From: Candidatus Wolfebacteria bacterium
Lineage (GTDB): Bacteria > Patescibacteriota > Minisyncoccia > Phycocordibacterales > EsbW-18
NCBI GenBank assembly: GCA_022616195.1
Contig: JAKEFG010000015.1
Span: 9,354-73,353, forward strand
Direction: 5' to 3'
DNA length: 64,000 nucleotides
A program made the position numbers and the translations under genes. The notes below the pieces were generated by a model that ran no database searches, was not told where the DNA came from, and saw nothing but the letters and a program-made list of their open reading frames with translations. Numbering within the stretch: the first letter of the stretch is position 1; the number at the start of each line of letters is the position of its first letter. This document shows, piece after piece, positions 30,255-40,285 of the stretch.

Positions 30255-31094
30255 ATGACAGTCCCAAAAACGTCCGGTGGAAAAAAGAAATACCCTATCA
30301 ATCATTGGAGTTATTCTTCGCTCATTGCGTACCTGCGCAATCCTTTGGCCTGGCACAAGCGTTATGTTGAGGGTGTGTATGACATCCCAGCAACACCCGC
30401 ATCGGTGGTCGGGCGCGCGGGGCATACGGCGCTCCAGCACTTCTACGGCGGACTCTCCAAGGAAGCGGCGGTTGACCTCGGATTGGAGTATCTTCGAAAT
30501 ATTCCTGACTTTGAGATTGAGTTCGGAAAGGCGACATCTTCCGGGGCGAAGAAGAAAAAGCGCGTCGTGATGGAGCGGGAGTATGTGCGGGCGATTTCTT
30601 TCTACCTCGCGCGTCCGCCGCGGCACAAGGTGCTTGGTGTTGAAGTAAAAGCGCTCGGACACGTTCCCGGTATTCCAGTTCCCGTGAAAGCGGTATCGGA
30701 CCTCGTGGTTGTGTCGCGTGTGGACCCCGAAGCGGTCGATATCGTTGACCACAAATTCGTTGATTTTTTTGGCAGAACTGAAACGGATAACCCCTTATTT
30801 ATGGTCCAGGCGCTCTTCAACTACTACACCGTGCTCGCCGAGTTTGAGAAGCCGGTGAGGCGCTTTCTTGTATATGAGTGCAAGAAAAAGAAAAACAGGG
30901 ACGGAAAGTCACAACTGCGGCGCCACTACATTGATTTCCGCAAATACGAAAAGGAGTTCGCCCTCTTTCATCGCCTGCTTGCCGACGCGACGGAGGATGT
31001 CCGCACGCGCAAGGTGTTTTTGCCCAACCCGTCTGATATGTTTGAAGGGAAAAACTCGCTTGATATTTATCGCTGGGAGCTTGCCGGCAAGTAA
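30255..31094 (+). CDS. PD-(D/E)XK nuclease family protein
   Basis: HWSYSSL, GRAGHTALQ, GVE, SDLV, IVDHKF. Confidence 0.75.
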   Translation: MTVPKTSGGKKKYPINHWSYSSLIAYLRNPLAWHKRYVEGVYDIPATPASVVGRAGHTALQHFYGGLSKEAAVDLGLEYLRNIPDFEIEFGKATSSGAKKKKRVVMEREYVRAISFYLARPPRHKVLGVEVKALGHVPGIPVPVKAVSDLVVVSRVDPEAVDIVDHKFVDFFGRTETDNPLFMVQALFNYYTVLAEFEKPVRRFLVYECKKKKNRDGKSQLRRHYIDFRKYEKEFALFHRLLADATEDVRTRKVFLPNPSDMFEGKNSLDIYRWELAGK

Positions 31095-31134
31095 CCGGGC
31101 GGGTAAGAATAGATCCTAAAAAACGTCTTCTTCT

Positions 31135-31644
31135 ATGAACCAAAACACCAACCCGGAGGAACTCTTTTTGAAGGCGTATGAGGGGTTTGGTGATTCGGTC
31201 TTTCGGCACTGCTATCTGCGCGTTTCGCCTCGCGAGGAAGCGGTGGATATTACCCAGGAGGCATTCATGAAGGTGTGGGACTATCTCCGCACCGGGCAAG
31301 AAGTTCACAACATGAAGGCGTTTGTGTTTAAGACAGTGAACAATCTCATCATTGACTGGTACCGGAAGAAAAAACCGGTGACGCTTGACGACGAAGAGGC
31401 GCTCCGTATTCCCGACACTCTACACGCTACAGATCCGGAACTCGCGGCGCTCGGCAGAGAAGCACTCACACTTCTTGCGCGCCTTGATGGAGAGTACCGA
31501 ACTGTGGTGGAACTCCGTATCATTGAAGGATTTGGTCCTAAGGAGATTGCCGAGATCTTGGGCGAGACCGAGAACGCGGTATCGGTGCGCATTCACCGCG
31601 GCATTGCAAAACTTCGTGAATTGTATGAAAGCTCACCGGAGTAA
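31135..31644 (+). CDS. ECF RNA polymerase sigma factor
   Basis: Region 2 (AVDITQEAFMKVW...NLIIDWYRKK) and region 4 (PKEIAEILG..ENAVSVRIHRG). Confidence 0.93.
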   Translation: MNQNTNPEELFLKAYEGFGDSVFRHCYLRVSPREEAVDITQEAFMKVWDYLRTGQEVHNMKAFVFKTVNNLIIDWYRKKKPVTLDDEEALRIPDTLHATDPELAALGREALTLLARLDGEYRTVVELRIIEGFGPKEIAEILGETENAVSVRIHRGIAKLRELYESSPE

Positions 31645-31648
31645 CGTC

Positions 31649-32848
31649 ATGGAAGAAGAATTTGCACAACTGAAGAGTCAACTTGAAACAATTCGTCTCT
31701 CTGCGGCGGAGCGTGAGCGCGTGCATGCGGTGCTTTCGGAATACGTCACGCACCGGCCTGTGTCGCGCGGCTCTGCGCCGGCGCCTGTGGGATACGCGTG
31801 GTTTGCCGTACACCGTTTTGTCGCGGTGGTTGCCGTAGCGCTTGTCGTAGTACTTTTTGGTGGAACGGTCTCATATGCCGCGGAGGGGGCGCTTCCCGGC
31901 GATGCGCTCTATGCGGTGAAAGTGGGCGTCAACGAGCCGCTTCGCGACACGTTCGCGCGCACGCCCGAACATAGAGCGACGCGGGAGGTTGATAAGGTGA
32001 ATCGTCGGCTTGCGGAAGCGGAGACGCTTGCCGCAGAAGGGCGTCTCAATGCGGCGCTCCGTGAGGATATCGAAACGCGTGTCACTGTGCATCTTGCCGC
32101 GGCGGAAGCACGCGTCGCGATGCTCAAAACCGACACGGATATCGCCGAAACGCTTGATGCGACGCTTGACGTGCACGACAGTATCCTCGCCTCGCTTGGG
32201 GAAGACGAGGTGGACGGCGAGGAAGTGGGCGTGCTTCTTGCGCGCGTGCGCACCGTGACGTCTCTACGGGCACACGAATACGGAAGGAGCGGGGGCGAGG
32301 AGCCGCAGGCACCAATGATGGCGCTCCAGACACCGTCTCCCTCTGCGGACGAAGAAGAACAACAAGCGGCGGCGGAAAGCGGCGCAGAGGCGGACCTTGC
32401 GGCAGAGATAACGGAGGTGGGGGCGGAGCTGGATACACTCCAGGAACGTGCTCTCTTAGGGCGTCCCAACGTGCGCATTTCGGTGCGCGAGGAGGCGGAG
32501 CGTCTTCTCAACGCGGCTGACAGAGCGCTTGCGGATGCCGACAAGGAACTTGCGAAAGGAGAATTTGAAACAGCGGAAGAAAAACTCACACTCGCGCGGC
32601 GCGCACTGCACCGCGCGACGATCGTGCTCAACGCCGCACTGCGGCTTCCGGAGAACATCAAACTTTTTCCCGTCCGGCTTCCGGAAAACGGTAGTGACGC
32701 TGACGCGCAAAATGGCGACGGCGACGTTGAGAGCGCGTCGGTGGGGAGTGACCGAGAGGGCAATGACGACGGTGAAGACAGAGAAGAATCACGGCGCGGC
32801 TCGTCACGCGAAGACGACGATGGACGGACGCGAAGGGGAGCAGGTTGA
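31649..32848 (+). CDS. Putative anti-sigma factor, DUF5667-like
   Basis: TM followed by AEGALPGDALYAVK..NE; directly downstream of the ECF sigma. Confidence 0.75.
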   Translation: MEEEFAQLKSQLETIRLSAAERERVHAVLSEYVTHRPVSRGSAPAPVGYAWFAVHRFVAVVAVALVVVLFGGTVSYAAEGALPGDALYAVKVGVNEPLRDTFARTPEHRATREVDKVNRRLAEAETLAAEGRLNAALREDIETRVTVHLAAAEARVAMLKTDTDIAETLDATLDVHDSILASLGEDEVDGEEVGVLLARVRTVTSLRAHEYGRSGGEEPQAPMMALQTPSPSADEEEQQAAAESGAEADLAAEITEVGAELDTLQERALLGRPNVRISVREEAERLLNAADRALADADKELAKGEFETAEEKLTLARRALHRATIVLNAALRLPENIKLFPVRLPENGSDADAQNGDGDVESASVGSDREGNDDGEDREESRRGSSREDDDGRTRRGAG

Positions 32849-32878
32849 GAATATCCTGAAATTTTAGGATGCGGATGG

Positions 32879-34780
32879 TTACTTACTCGTGAACCGGTAC
32901 ACGCCGTCCCAACGCTCGGGGGGCTGCTGTTTGAATTCCCGCGCCCGCTCAAGAAGGAGCGCGGACGGACCGTCTGGTTCTGTAGCGAGCGCCTCGTTGA
33001 ATGCAGCGATTGCTCTGTCCCAGTCGCCCCGCTCGTACGCCGCCCGTCCGCGCTCATAGTGTTCAAAAAGTGTTTGGTGTGCGGGTGTCACGCCGCGCGC
33101 GATGAGCTCATAGAGGGCGCGCGGCTCGCTTTTGCCTTTGACCGCGACGCGGTCAAGGAGACGTGTGGGAAGGTCGGGTAGGGCGGCAATTGCGTCGCGG
33201 GTGTTTTCTCCAATAAGGATAGGGACGCCGTACGCTTTGGTGAGCCCCTCGAGGCGCGACGAGAAGTTCACTTCGTCGCCGACGATGGTGTAGTTGAAAC
33301 GTTTCGCGGAGCCCATGTTACCCACGACGACCTCGCCCGTCGAGATGCCGATGCCGATGCGGATTTCCGGCTTACCGTCTTTCTTCCATGTTTTGTTGAG
33401 CATATCAAGTATGGCAATCATGGCGAGCGCTCCGCGGCAGGCGTGCTCCGCGTGCGTGGGGTCGTCAATCGGTGCCCCCCAGAACGCCATAATCGCATCC
33501 CCGATGTATTTATCGACGAGTCCGCGATGTTCCAAAATAGTGTCCGTCATTGCCGAGAGATATTCGTTGAGGCGCTCCGTGAGTTCTTCGGGCGAGAGCG
33601 ACTCCGAGAGTGTGGTGAATCCGCGGATGTCGGAGAAGAGAATGGAGAGCGTTTTTCGTTTGCCCCCGAGCGAGAGCTTTGAAGGGTCGCGGACGAGTTC
33701 GTTCACAACCTCGGGTGCAAGGTAGTACTGGAACGTGGTGCGGATGAATTGTTTTTCGCGCGCCTCGGTTGCGTATTGGTACACGACGCCTCCCCCTGCG
33801 GCGAGGATGAACGCGAGCTCAAGATAGAGCACGGGAGTGACGAGATACACGCCGAAGAGCGCCGCCGCCACGAGGTAGATGAGGCCGACGCCGAGAGCGA
33901 ACAGAACGATGAGCGGCAGGGTTTTTCGGATGAATGCCGCGAGAAGCGTTGCGAGAAATGCGGCGAGGGCGATGCCAAGGACACCCCACGGGCGCGGCAA
34001 ATCGCGGAAGCGGCTCGGCGATTCAAGTGTCGCGAGCGCGTTCGCCTGAAACTCAACGCCCGGCATGAGCCCCACGGGCGTTTCAACGCTGTCTTTGAGG
34101 TCGGGCGCGGTGGCGCCGATGAGCACCGTTTTGTGAGCGAAAACGTCTTCGGGTACCGTACCCTCGAGCACGTCTATAAGCGAAATGGTCGGGAACGTTT
34201 CGGCAGGCCCCCGCCAATCAATTCGTGCGGTTTCGGGAATTACCGCAGTTTTTCCCGCAAGCGCTTCCGCGAAGCTCGGCCTACCGAGCGCCATGAGACG
34301 CACAGCGCCGTCCGCGTCGAGGGAGACATTCACCGCCCCGAGGGAAACGTTCTCTCCCGTGAGGGAAGGGAGCGGCCCGAAGCTGTTTCCGGTGCGCGGG
34401 TCTATAAAGAGTGGCAGGACGACGCGCCCCGGAAACGTCCGGAGCGCCTCCGCAAGCCGGTTATCGTCAAATGCGCCCACTCGCGACGGCTCCGCGAAAT
34501 TAACGTCAATGCCGACGACCTCGGCCCTACGGAGGCGCGCGATGGCGTCGGCAAACACGGCGCGCGGCCACGGCCACTGACCGACTGCGCGCAAACTTCT
34601 GTCGTCAATCGCGATAATGAGAATGTCTCGCGGCGGGTCTTTTCGTATAACAAACCGGTCAAGGATATTTTCCTCGGCGGTATCAAGCGCTCCGGAGAGG
34701 TAGAGCGCTCCGGCGAGAAGGGCGGCGATGAGCGCGACGAGCGCGAGACCGATGTGCCGACGGTGGAGAAAAACACCCAT
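32879..34780 (-). CDS. CHASE2-domain adenylate/guanylate cyclase
   Basis: IDDRSL..GQWPWPR (CHASE2); FSDIRGFT, DKYIGDAIMAFWGAP, GDEVNFSSRLEG. Confidence 0.93.
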   Translation of the reverse strand: MGVFLHRRHIGLALVALIAALLAGALYLSGALDTAEENILDRFVIRKDPPRDILIIAIDDRSLRAVGQWPWPRAVFADAIARLRRAEVVGIDVNFAEPSRVGAFDDNRLAEALRTFPGRVVLPLFIDPRTGNSFGPLPSLTGENVSLGAVNVSLDADGAVRLMALGRPSFAEALAGKTAVIPETARIDWRGPAETFPTISLIDVLEGTVPEDVFAHKTVLIGATAPDLKDSVETPVGLMPGVEFQANALATLESPSRFRDLPRPWGVLGIALAAFLATLLAAFIRKTLPLIVLFALGVGLIYLVAAALFGVYLVTPVLYLELAFILAAGGGVVYQYATEAREKQFIRTTFQYYLAPEVVNELVRDPSKLSLGGKRKTLSILFSDIRGFTTLSESLSPEELTERLNEYLSAMTDTILEHRGLVDKYIGDAIMAFWGAPIDDPTHAEHACRGALAMIAILDMLNKTWKKDGKPEIRIGIGISTGEVVVGNMGSAKRFNYTIVGDEVNFSSRLEGLTKAYGVPILIGENTRDAIAALPDLPTRLLDRVAVKGKSEPRALYELIARGVTPAHQTLFEHYERGRAAYERGDWDRAIAAFNEALATEPDGPSALLLERAREFKQQPPERWDGVYRFTSK

Positions 34781-34783
34781 GGT

Positions 34784-35860
34784 TTATTGTTGCCCTTGAG
34801 GATAGGCAACTGTGCCGGTGGGCTCACTGCCGTTTGCGCCTGCGGACTCTCTCTCGGGACTCGGCTCCGCGACGGAGAGGGCGTCGGAGAGCGTTGCGCG
34901 CACTCCCGCGGCGTTGACGACACTCACATCAAAGGTACCCGCGCTATTGAGGAGCCGTGCATCAAAGTAGAGCGTGCTGTCCTGCGGTATGAAAAATTCA
35001 GCGATACTTTGGGAACCCACAAAGACCTCTGTGACGTCGGTGAACCCCGAGCCGGTGAGGACAATATTGTCTTCTTCGCCCAACACCGCCGCCGAGGGGT
35101 TCACCTGGATGAGCGTGAGCGGAGGTGGCGGGGATATGTCGGGCTCCGCGGGCGGCATCGCGAACTCCGTGTCGATTTCTGCAGGCGGCTCCGCGAAGTC
35201 GGGGTTGTTGAACCCGAACCACTCGCTTGAAGTGTCTTCGGGCGAGAGCGGCTCTATGATGATGCCGTCCGTAAAGCTCACCGTCGCTTTTGAGCCCGCT
35301 TCAACGGTCTCAAGCGTGTTGGGAAGGCGCTCGCCGGTTTCGGGGTTCTTTTGTATGACATCCACACTATTCTCCGTTACCAGTATGCTCGTACTTGCGG
35401 CGCTCGCGTTCGTGCCGAATGAAGTGCCGCGCACCGCGGCAACCGCGTGCTGTGTTTCTATTTCGTAAAACTCCCCCTGTTCAAGCGATTTTTCAATGCG
35501 CGACCAGAGGTTTCCCGTATGGAGCGCGAGTGCGGTGCGCCCGGCGTCTCCCGCGGCGACGGTGAGCTCCGTGTTCTCGCCGACGACGGTGATGCTCGTA
35601 CCCGGCGCCTCAATCAAGGCGCGCCCCGTATCGTCGGTGCGTACAATCGCGCCGGGGAAGAGCTCCATGCTACTGGTGGCGGCAGTAAAACTTACACTCG
35701 ATGTTGCCCGGACAGAGAGCGCGGCGGAGAGTACGGTGAGGCGGGAGGGGAATGCCGCACCCTCGTTGGGTGTTTCCGCGTCACCGGATAAGAGAAGCCA
35801 CGCGCCACCCGCGACAAGAAGCACTACGAGGGCAAGAACGGTTTTTGCCCACAGTTTCAT
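34784..35860 (-). CDS. FecR-domain protein with an IPT/TIG-like C-terminal domain
   Basis: N-terminal TM, VRTDDTGRA, ETQHAVAAVRGTSF, LTGSGF. Confidence 0.8.
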   Translation of the reverse strand: MKLWAKTVLALVVLLVAGGAWLLLSGDAETPNEGAAFPSRLTVLSAALSVRATSSVSFTAATSSMELFPGAIVRTDDTGRALIEAPGTSITVVGENTELTVAAGDAGRTALALHTGNLWSRIEKSLEQGEFYEIETQHAVAAVRGTSFGTNASAASTSILVTENSVDVIQKNPETGERLPNTLETVEAGSKATVSFTDGIIIEPLSPEDTSSEWFGFNNPDFAEPPAEIDTEFAMPPAEPDISPPPPLTLIQVNPSAAVLGEEDNIVLTGSGFTDVTEVFVGSQSIAEFFIPQDSTLYFDARLLNSAGTFDVSVVNAAGVRATLSDALSVAEPSPERESAGANGSEPTGTVAYPQGQQ

Positions 35861-35918
35861 GAACCTATCCTACGCTTCTCGCGGGTGCGGAGCAAGGAAA
35901 GGTGAAAGACCTGTTATT

Positions 35919-36332
35919 TTATTGCCAGACCGCGAGAATGATGCCCATCACAAGCAGATTTACGAGGTCGTAGCCGATGTTGAGGAAGTAGAGTTTCCAC
36001 GGGCGCATCTCCCAGAGAACGGAGCCGAGCTTGGTGGTCACGAAGAAACCGAGCCAGACGAGAAAGCCGAGCGTGAGACCGCCGGTCACGCCCGCGACAC
36101 CGAGTGAAGAAATGAGGTAGGCGAGCGTGAACGCGGTGACGAGCGCGCCGATGAAGCCAATGATATACGACTTCATCATCCCCTTCTTTTTACCCGCATC
36201 CATCTGTAGAGGGGTGATACCCATAAGCGCCATCCACGGTTTGCCGAAGAGCGGACCGTACCAGAGGGAGCCAATGCCCATGGCGACGATGCCCGCAACA
36301 AGGACAGCAAGATAGTTGATATCTCCAAACAT
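35919..36332 (-). CDS. DUF1761 family membrane protein
   Basis: INYLAVLVA...GSLWYGPLFGKPW...LWE.RPWKL. Confidence 0.85.
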   Translation of the reverse strand: MFGDINYLAVLVAGIVAMGIGSLWYGPLFGKPWMALMGITPLQMDAGKKKGMMKSYIIGFIGALVTAFTLAYLISSLGVAGVTGGLTLGFLVWLGFFVTTKLGSVLWEMRPWKLYFLNIGYDLVNLLVMGIILAVWQ

Positions 36333-36506
36333 ACTGTTGTGTGTAACGGTGAGCTAGTAATGGCGACACTCTCTACTCTACACCATCCGAGGGCACTTTC
36401 CACACATACGTTTTTTGGCTACAATAGAGCATATTCTGCGGCTGCCCTGTCCTGTTAGACGCGGATGCTGTCTAATGGGATCAACGACCCCGCACCAAAA
36501 TTTCGC

Positions 36507-36578
36507 TCCGCGGTAGCACAGCGGTAGTGCAGCTCCCTGTTAAGGAGTTGGTCGCAGGTTCGAATCCTGCCCGCGGAG
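36507..36578 (+). tRNA. tRNA-Asn(GTT)
   Basis: Acceptor TCCGCGG/CCGCGGA, anticodon loop CTGTTAA, T-arm GCAGG-TTCGAAT-CCTGC; CCA not encoded. Confidence 0.95.
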
Positions 36579-36699
36579 CGAAGCATTGATGCGAAGTGGG
36601 AGGAGCAGCGAGCGTTCCAGCTTGCCCCGCCGGAGTTCTCACGAAGGAGGGCCCGCGGAGCCATTCGAGAAGTTCATGGCCCTGTGTCAGGCCCAGGGG

Positions 36700-36910
36700 C
36701 GGGCATTTTGTCTCTTTTCTCCAACAACAGAAGTCGAAGTCTGTGCATGCTGACCCGTGGTTTGTCGCACAAGCTAAAGTTGAAAATCTGATTTTGATAA
36801 CGGAGGAGGCGGTGAGTAGTCCCAAGAGAATCCCGCAAGTCTGTACAGCCGTCGGCGTAAAATCCCTCAGTATTCTCGGACTGATTCAGGAAGAAGGTTG
36901 GAGTTATTAG
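36700..36910 (+). pseudogene. C-terminal fragment of a DUF4411/PIN-like protein (5' boundary approximate)
   Basis: ADPWFVAQA....LITEE....KRIPQVC...GVKSL....IQEEGW; no plausible N-terminus. Confidence 0.65.
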
Positions 36911-37001
36911 GGAGCCACGCAAAAATTATATAATTTTGGTATGATAAAAAAGCGAGTACGCCGGTTCGCCTAACAAAATCTTTAATAATAACTTTGAGCC
37001 T

Positions 37002-37388
37002 ATGGCAAAAGTAATCACAACCGAAGAATTGAAAAAGAAAATTGATGACCTGCTTGCCGGCAAGGCAGGGGGCGGAGATTTTTACCCCATTGATGCGCTC
37101 GCGCCGACAAGCTTTGCGGCGCGCCATATCCCCGGAGCAAAAAATGTTCCCAACGGTCTTCAATACGCGGAAAACTTTGAAAAGGTTGTAGGCGCGCCGA
37201 AGGACCTGCCTGCCGGCAGGCAGGCGCCTGAAATCATCGTCTATTGTTCGTCAAGCGGCTGTATGGCAAGCGTCCAGGCGGCTCATGCTCTTGAGGAAGC
37301 CGGATACACCAACGTTACCCACTACAAAGACGGCCTCGCCGGCTGGCAGAAAGCGGGATACGAATTTGAGGGAGAAGCGGCGGCATAG
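37002..37388 (+). CDS. Rhodanese-like domain protein
   Basis: HIPGAKNVP, IIVYCSSSGC, DGLAGWQKAG. Confidence 0.9.
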   Translation: MAKVITTEELKKKIDDLLAGKAGGGDFYPIDALAPTSFAARHIPGAKNVPNGLQYAENFEKVVGAPKDLPAGRQAPEIIVYCSSSGCMASVQAAHALEEAGYTNVTHYKDGLAGWQKAGYEFEGEAAA

Positions 37389-37512
37389 TCAGCCCTGCAA
37401 AAAATTTCAAAAATCATGAATCTTTTGCTCACCTCTAGCTCCTAACCTCCAGCGCCTACCACTGTCTGGTGTGGTATACTAAGATACGTTATTAGCCTTA
37501 AATGTACATAGT

Positions 37513-37974
37513 ATGAAAAATACAGTTATTTGGATTGTTGTCATACTCGTTATTGTTCTTGCCATCTTTTGGTTCATGAATCGCCCTGACGGCGAAGTAC
37601 CAACTGAAGAACAGGAGCAAGAACAAGAGGAGGAAGTGCAATCAGTCACCGTCTCTCTTAGTGAGCAAAATGACTCCGGCATGTCAGGGGTTGCTATACT
37701 TACTGAAGTAGAAGGAGGCACGCATGTTGCGCTTAATCTTACCGGGGCACCTGAAGGTGTAGCACAACCGGCACACATTCACACGGGTTCGTGTGCTGCT
37801 ATCGGAGAAGTAGTGTATCCGCTTGAATCCCCAGTCAATGGCGTTTCCGAAACACTGCTCAATACTTCACTGGACAGCTTGCTCATAAGCCAGCTTCCAC
37901 TTGCGCTCAATGTCCACAAATCTGCCGAAGAGGTAGATGTGTATGTTGCATGTGGGGACTTAGATTTAGGCTAA
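37513..37974 (+). CDS. Membrane-anchored CHRD/Cu-Zn-SOD-like protein
   Basis: N-terminal TM, QPAHIHTGSC, LNVHKS, ACGDL. Confidence 0.65.
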   Translation: MKNTVIWIVVILVIVLAIFWFMNRPDGEVPTEEQEQEQEEEVQSVTVSLSEQNDSGMSGVAILTEVEGGTHVALNLTGAPEGVAQPAHIHTGSCAAIGEVVYPLESPVNGVSETLLNTSLDSLLISQLPLALNVHKSAEEVDVYVACGDLDLG

Positions 37975-38002
37975 TAGATAAACTCCAAGACGGTTTGTCG
38001 TC

Positions 38003-38040
38003 AGAAAATCCCCGTCTGCGCCAGCGGGCGGGGATTTTCT
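38003..38040. terminator. Intrinsic terminator
   Basis: AGAAAATCCCCG...CGGGGATTTTCT hairpin. Confidence 0.7.
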
Positions 38041-38305
38041 CCCTAGTTGTATTAAAAATACATACCTGCCTGTCCGGCAGGCAGGTATGTATTTCTTCTT
38101 GGGGGGTATATCCACACACTAGGTTTCCTGTGGTGTGAACACAAGCAAAGCTCGACAGGAAACATATTGACATCTGTTTGTTCCCGGGGTATCATCTTCC
38201 CAGACCATCCTTACGGGGTTAACCCCGCCGTGCTCGTCTCGGGCCGTGTGGGCCTCGGGATAATCGCACCTCACAACGGATTGTGAAACCAAGGAGGTTC
38301 TTCCG

Positions 38306-38827
38306 GTGAAGCACACGACTCTGATCGCACTCGCACTCCTCACCGTTCTCGCCGCTCCCCCCGCGTTCGCTCAGGAGGAGTCCATTCGCGTCGAGAGCAC
38401 CGTTCTCGTGGACGAGGGGGTTGTCCAGGACCTCCGCTCGCCCGAGGTCCGGCTGTACGTCGTCCGGGAGTGGGGAGATCTGTGGTGGATCCGGCTGGGA
38501 ACCTGCGAGCCACCGACATCGCCCACACTCGTGTTGCACTTCGAGCAAGGAGTCGGAACCCTCCAGGCGGTCCTGGCCGCCGAGGAAAGCTTCCTCTATG
38601 AGAGTACCGACGACCAGCCCAGTCGGGACTTCGCCGACCTCACGGAGGCCGCGGAGCACGGTTGCGAACCGCTCTCCCGCGAAGAATTCCTCGCGGAACT
38701 CCCGACGGAGCTCCGCGACCTCTTGGAGGGTACTTCCGCGGCCCCGGCCTACAACTACGAGATCGTGACGGTCGAGGAGGACGGCACCGTGCGGCTCTCT
38801 CGGAGTCCCGATCCTCCCACGCAGTGA
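38306..38827 (+). CDS. Orphan secreted hypothetical protein
   Basis: AAGGAGGT SD, signal peptide ending in AFA|Q, G/C-ending codons. Confidence 0.7.
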   Translation: MKHTTLIALALLTVLAAPPAFAQEESIRVESTVLVDEGVVQDLRSPEVRLYVVREWGDLWWIRLGTCEPPTSPTLVLHFEQGVGTLQAVLAAEESFLYESTDDQPSRDFADLTEAAEHGCEPLSREEFLAELPTELRDLLEGTSAAPAYNYEIVTVEEDGTVRLSRSPDPPTQ

Positions 38828-38986
38828 GGCTCGGGGCGGCGACCCTGTGTTCTTTCGTTACCCCGCGCTTCGGACACCGAAGCGCGGGGCGAACTCGTTT
38901 TATCTGGTGTGAGTGTTCCTGCCTGCGGGGTCATTATTTTTCACTCAAGATAGACCAAAGAACCTTTTACTGGTTTAATTGGGTCT

Positions 38987-40210
38987 ATGTCTACACGGAA
39001 GAACATATTTCTTTGGGCTTTATACGACTTCGCAAACTCAGTAGTTTCAATTGTATTTTTTCTTTATTTCTCACAGTGGATTGTTATTGACCAAGGTGTT
39101 GCAGACATCTGGTTTAATCTTGTTTTTACCATAGCCGCAGTGCTTTTGTTACTCTCTGTTCCTACCACGGGGGCATTGTTAGATAAATACTGGAGACGTA
39201 TTACTGGTCTGCGCTATACCACGTTTGGTACCGTCATTTCGTATGGACTATGCGGTGTTCTCGCTATTTTGGGATACGGTGTTCCAGCCCTCATATTGTT
39301 TGGAGTCGGTTGGTATATCTATCTTCTTTCTTTCACGTTTTATACTCCTCTTCTCAATGACATAGCGTCCCCCGAAAGACGTGGCCGTGTTTCGGGTTAC
39401 GGTATAGCGGCGAATTACTTAGGACAAATAGCCGGCTTGATACTTGTTCTACCGTTTGCCACGGGGAGTGTTAACTTATTCGGGGGTTCTCTTAGGGCCG
39501 AGACGTTATTGCCTTCCGTGGTTGTATTTTTGTTGCTTGCTTTACCGATGCTTATTTTCTTTAAAGAACCACACAAAGAGCAAAAATCATTTTCGTTGTC
39601 AGTAGAAATCAAGCAATCATTGGTGAAGACCAAGGAACTTTTTATGGTCTCTGGCGTTCTCGCTTTTTTCCTAGCGTATTTTTTCTTTAACGACGCTATT
39701 TTGACCGCGGCTAACAACTTCTCCATTTTCCTTGAACAGGTGTGGAAGGTTCCTGATACTACCAAAACGTATATACTTCTCGGGATCCTAATTACTTCTG
39801 CGATTGGTGGGCTTGTATCTGGTCCGATTGCAGACAGATTTGGTCACAAAAAGACGCTTATTGTTATACTCTCTGGGTTGGTTGTCATTTTGCCGTTTAT
39901 TGCTTGGGTAAGTAACTTTACCCTGTTTGTCGTCGCCACTGCGCTAATGGGGCTGTGGTTTGGCTCAAACTGGACAGTGTCTCGTTCATTGATGAGTCAC
40001 CTTGCTCCGACAAGTGGGCACAACCTCACGTTTGGATATTTTGGTTTAGTAGAACGAGCATCGTCTTTAGTGGGCCCTGTCGTATGGGGACTCATAGCCA
40101 CAAATCTTGTGTCTATAGGGCCTACGAGGTATAGAATAGCAGCAACAATCGTAACGCTGTTCATTCTCTTGGGTCTGGTTGCGATGAGGAAGGTCCCTAA
40201 GGGAGCTTGA
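38987..40210 (+). CDS. MFS transporter (UMF1/Atg22-like)
   Basis: WALYDFANS, about 12 TMs, GPIADRFGHK; AT-rich relative to neighbours. Confidence 0.88.
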   Translation: MSTRKNIFLWALYDFANSVVSIVFFLYFSQWIVIDQGVADIWFNLVFTIAAVLLLLSVPTTGALLDKYWRRITGLRYTTFGTVISYGLCGVLAILGYGVPALILFGVGWYIYLLSFTFYTPLLNDIASPERRGRVSGYGIAANYLGQIAGLILVLPFATGSVNLFGGSLRAETLLPSVVVFLLLALPMLIFFKEPHKEQKSFSLSVEIKQSLVKTKELFMVSGVLAFFLAYFFFNDAILTAANNFSIFLEQVWKVPDTTKTYILLGILITSAIGGLVSGPIADRFGHKKTLIVILSGLVVILPFIAWVSNFTLFVVATALMGLWFGSNWTVSRSLMSHLAPTSGHNLTFGYFGLVERASSLVGPVVWGLIATNLVSIGPTRYRIAATIVTLFILLGLVAMRKVPKGA

Positions 40211-40285
40211 ACTTTTCACAATCTCGTGGTAGAATGAACCTAACCGAGAAAGAACCCTTGTTTTGGTCCTTTTGAAGGTATTGTA

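Noticed and set aside
31909-36107. Long antisense ORFs (31909-33066, 33749-35230; likewise 40427-41563, 1434-2318, 55440-56330)
   Set aside because: Shadow frames of GC-rich real genes with no motifs or initiation signals.
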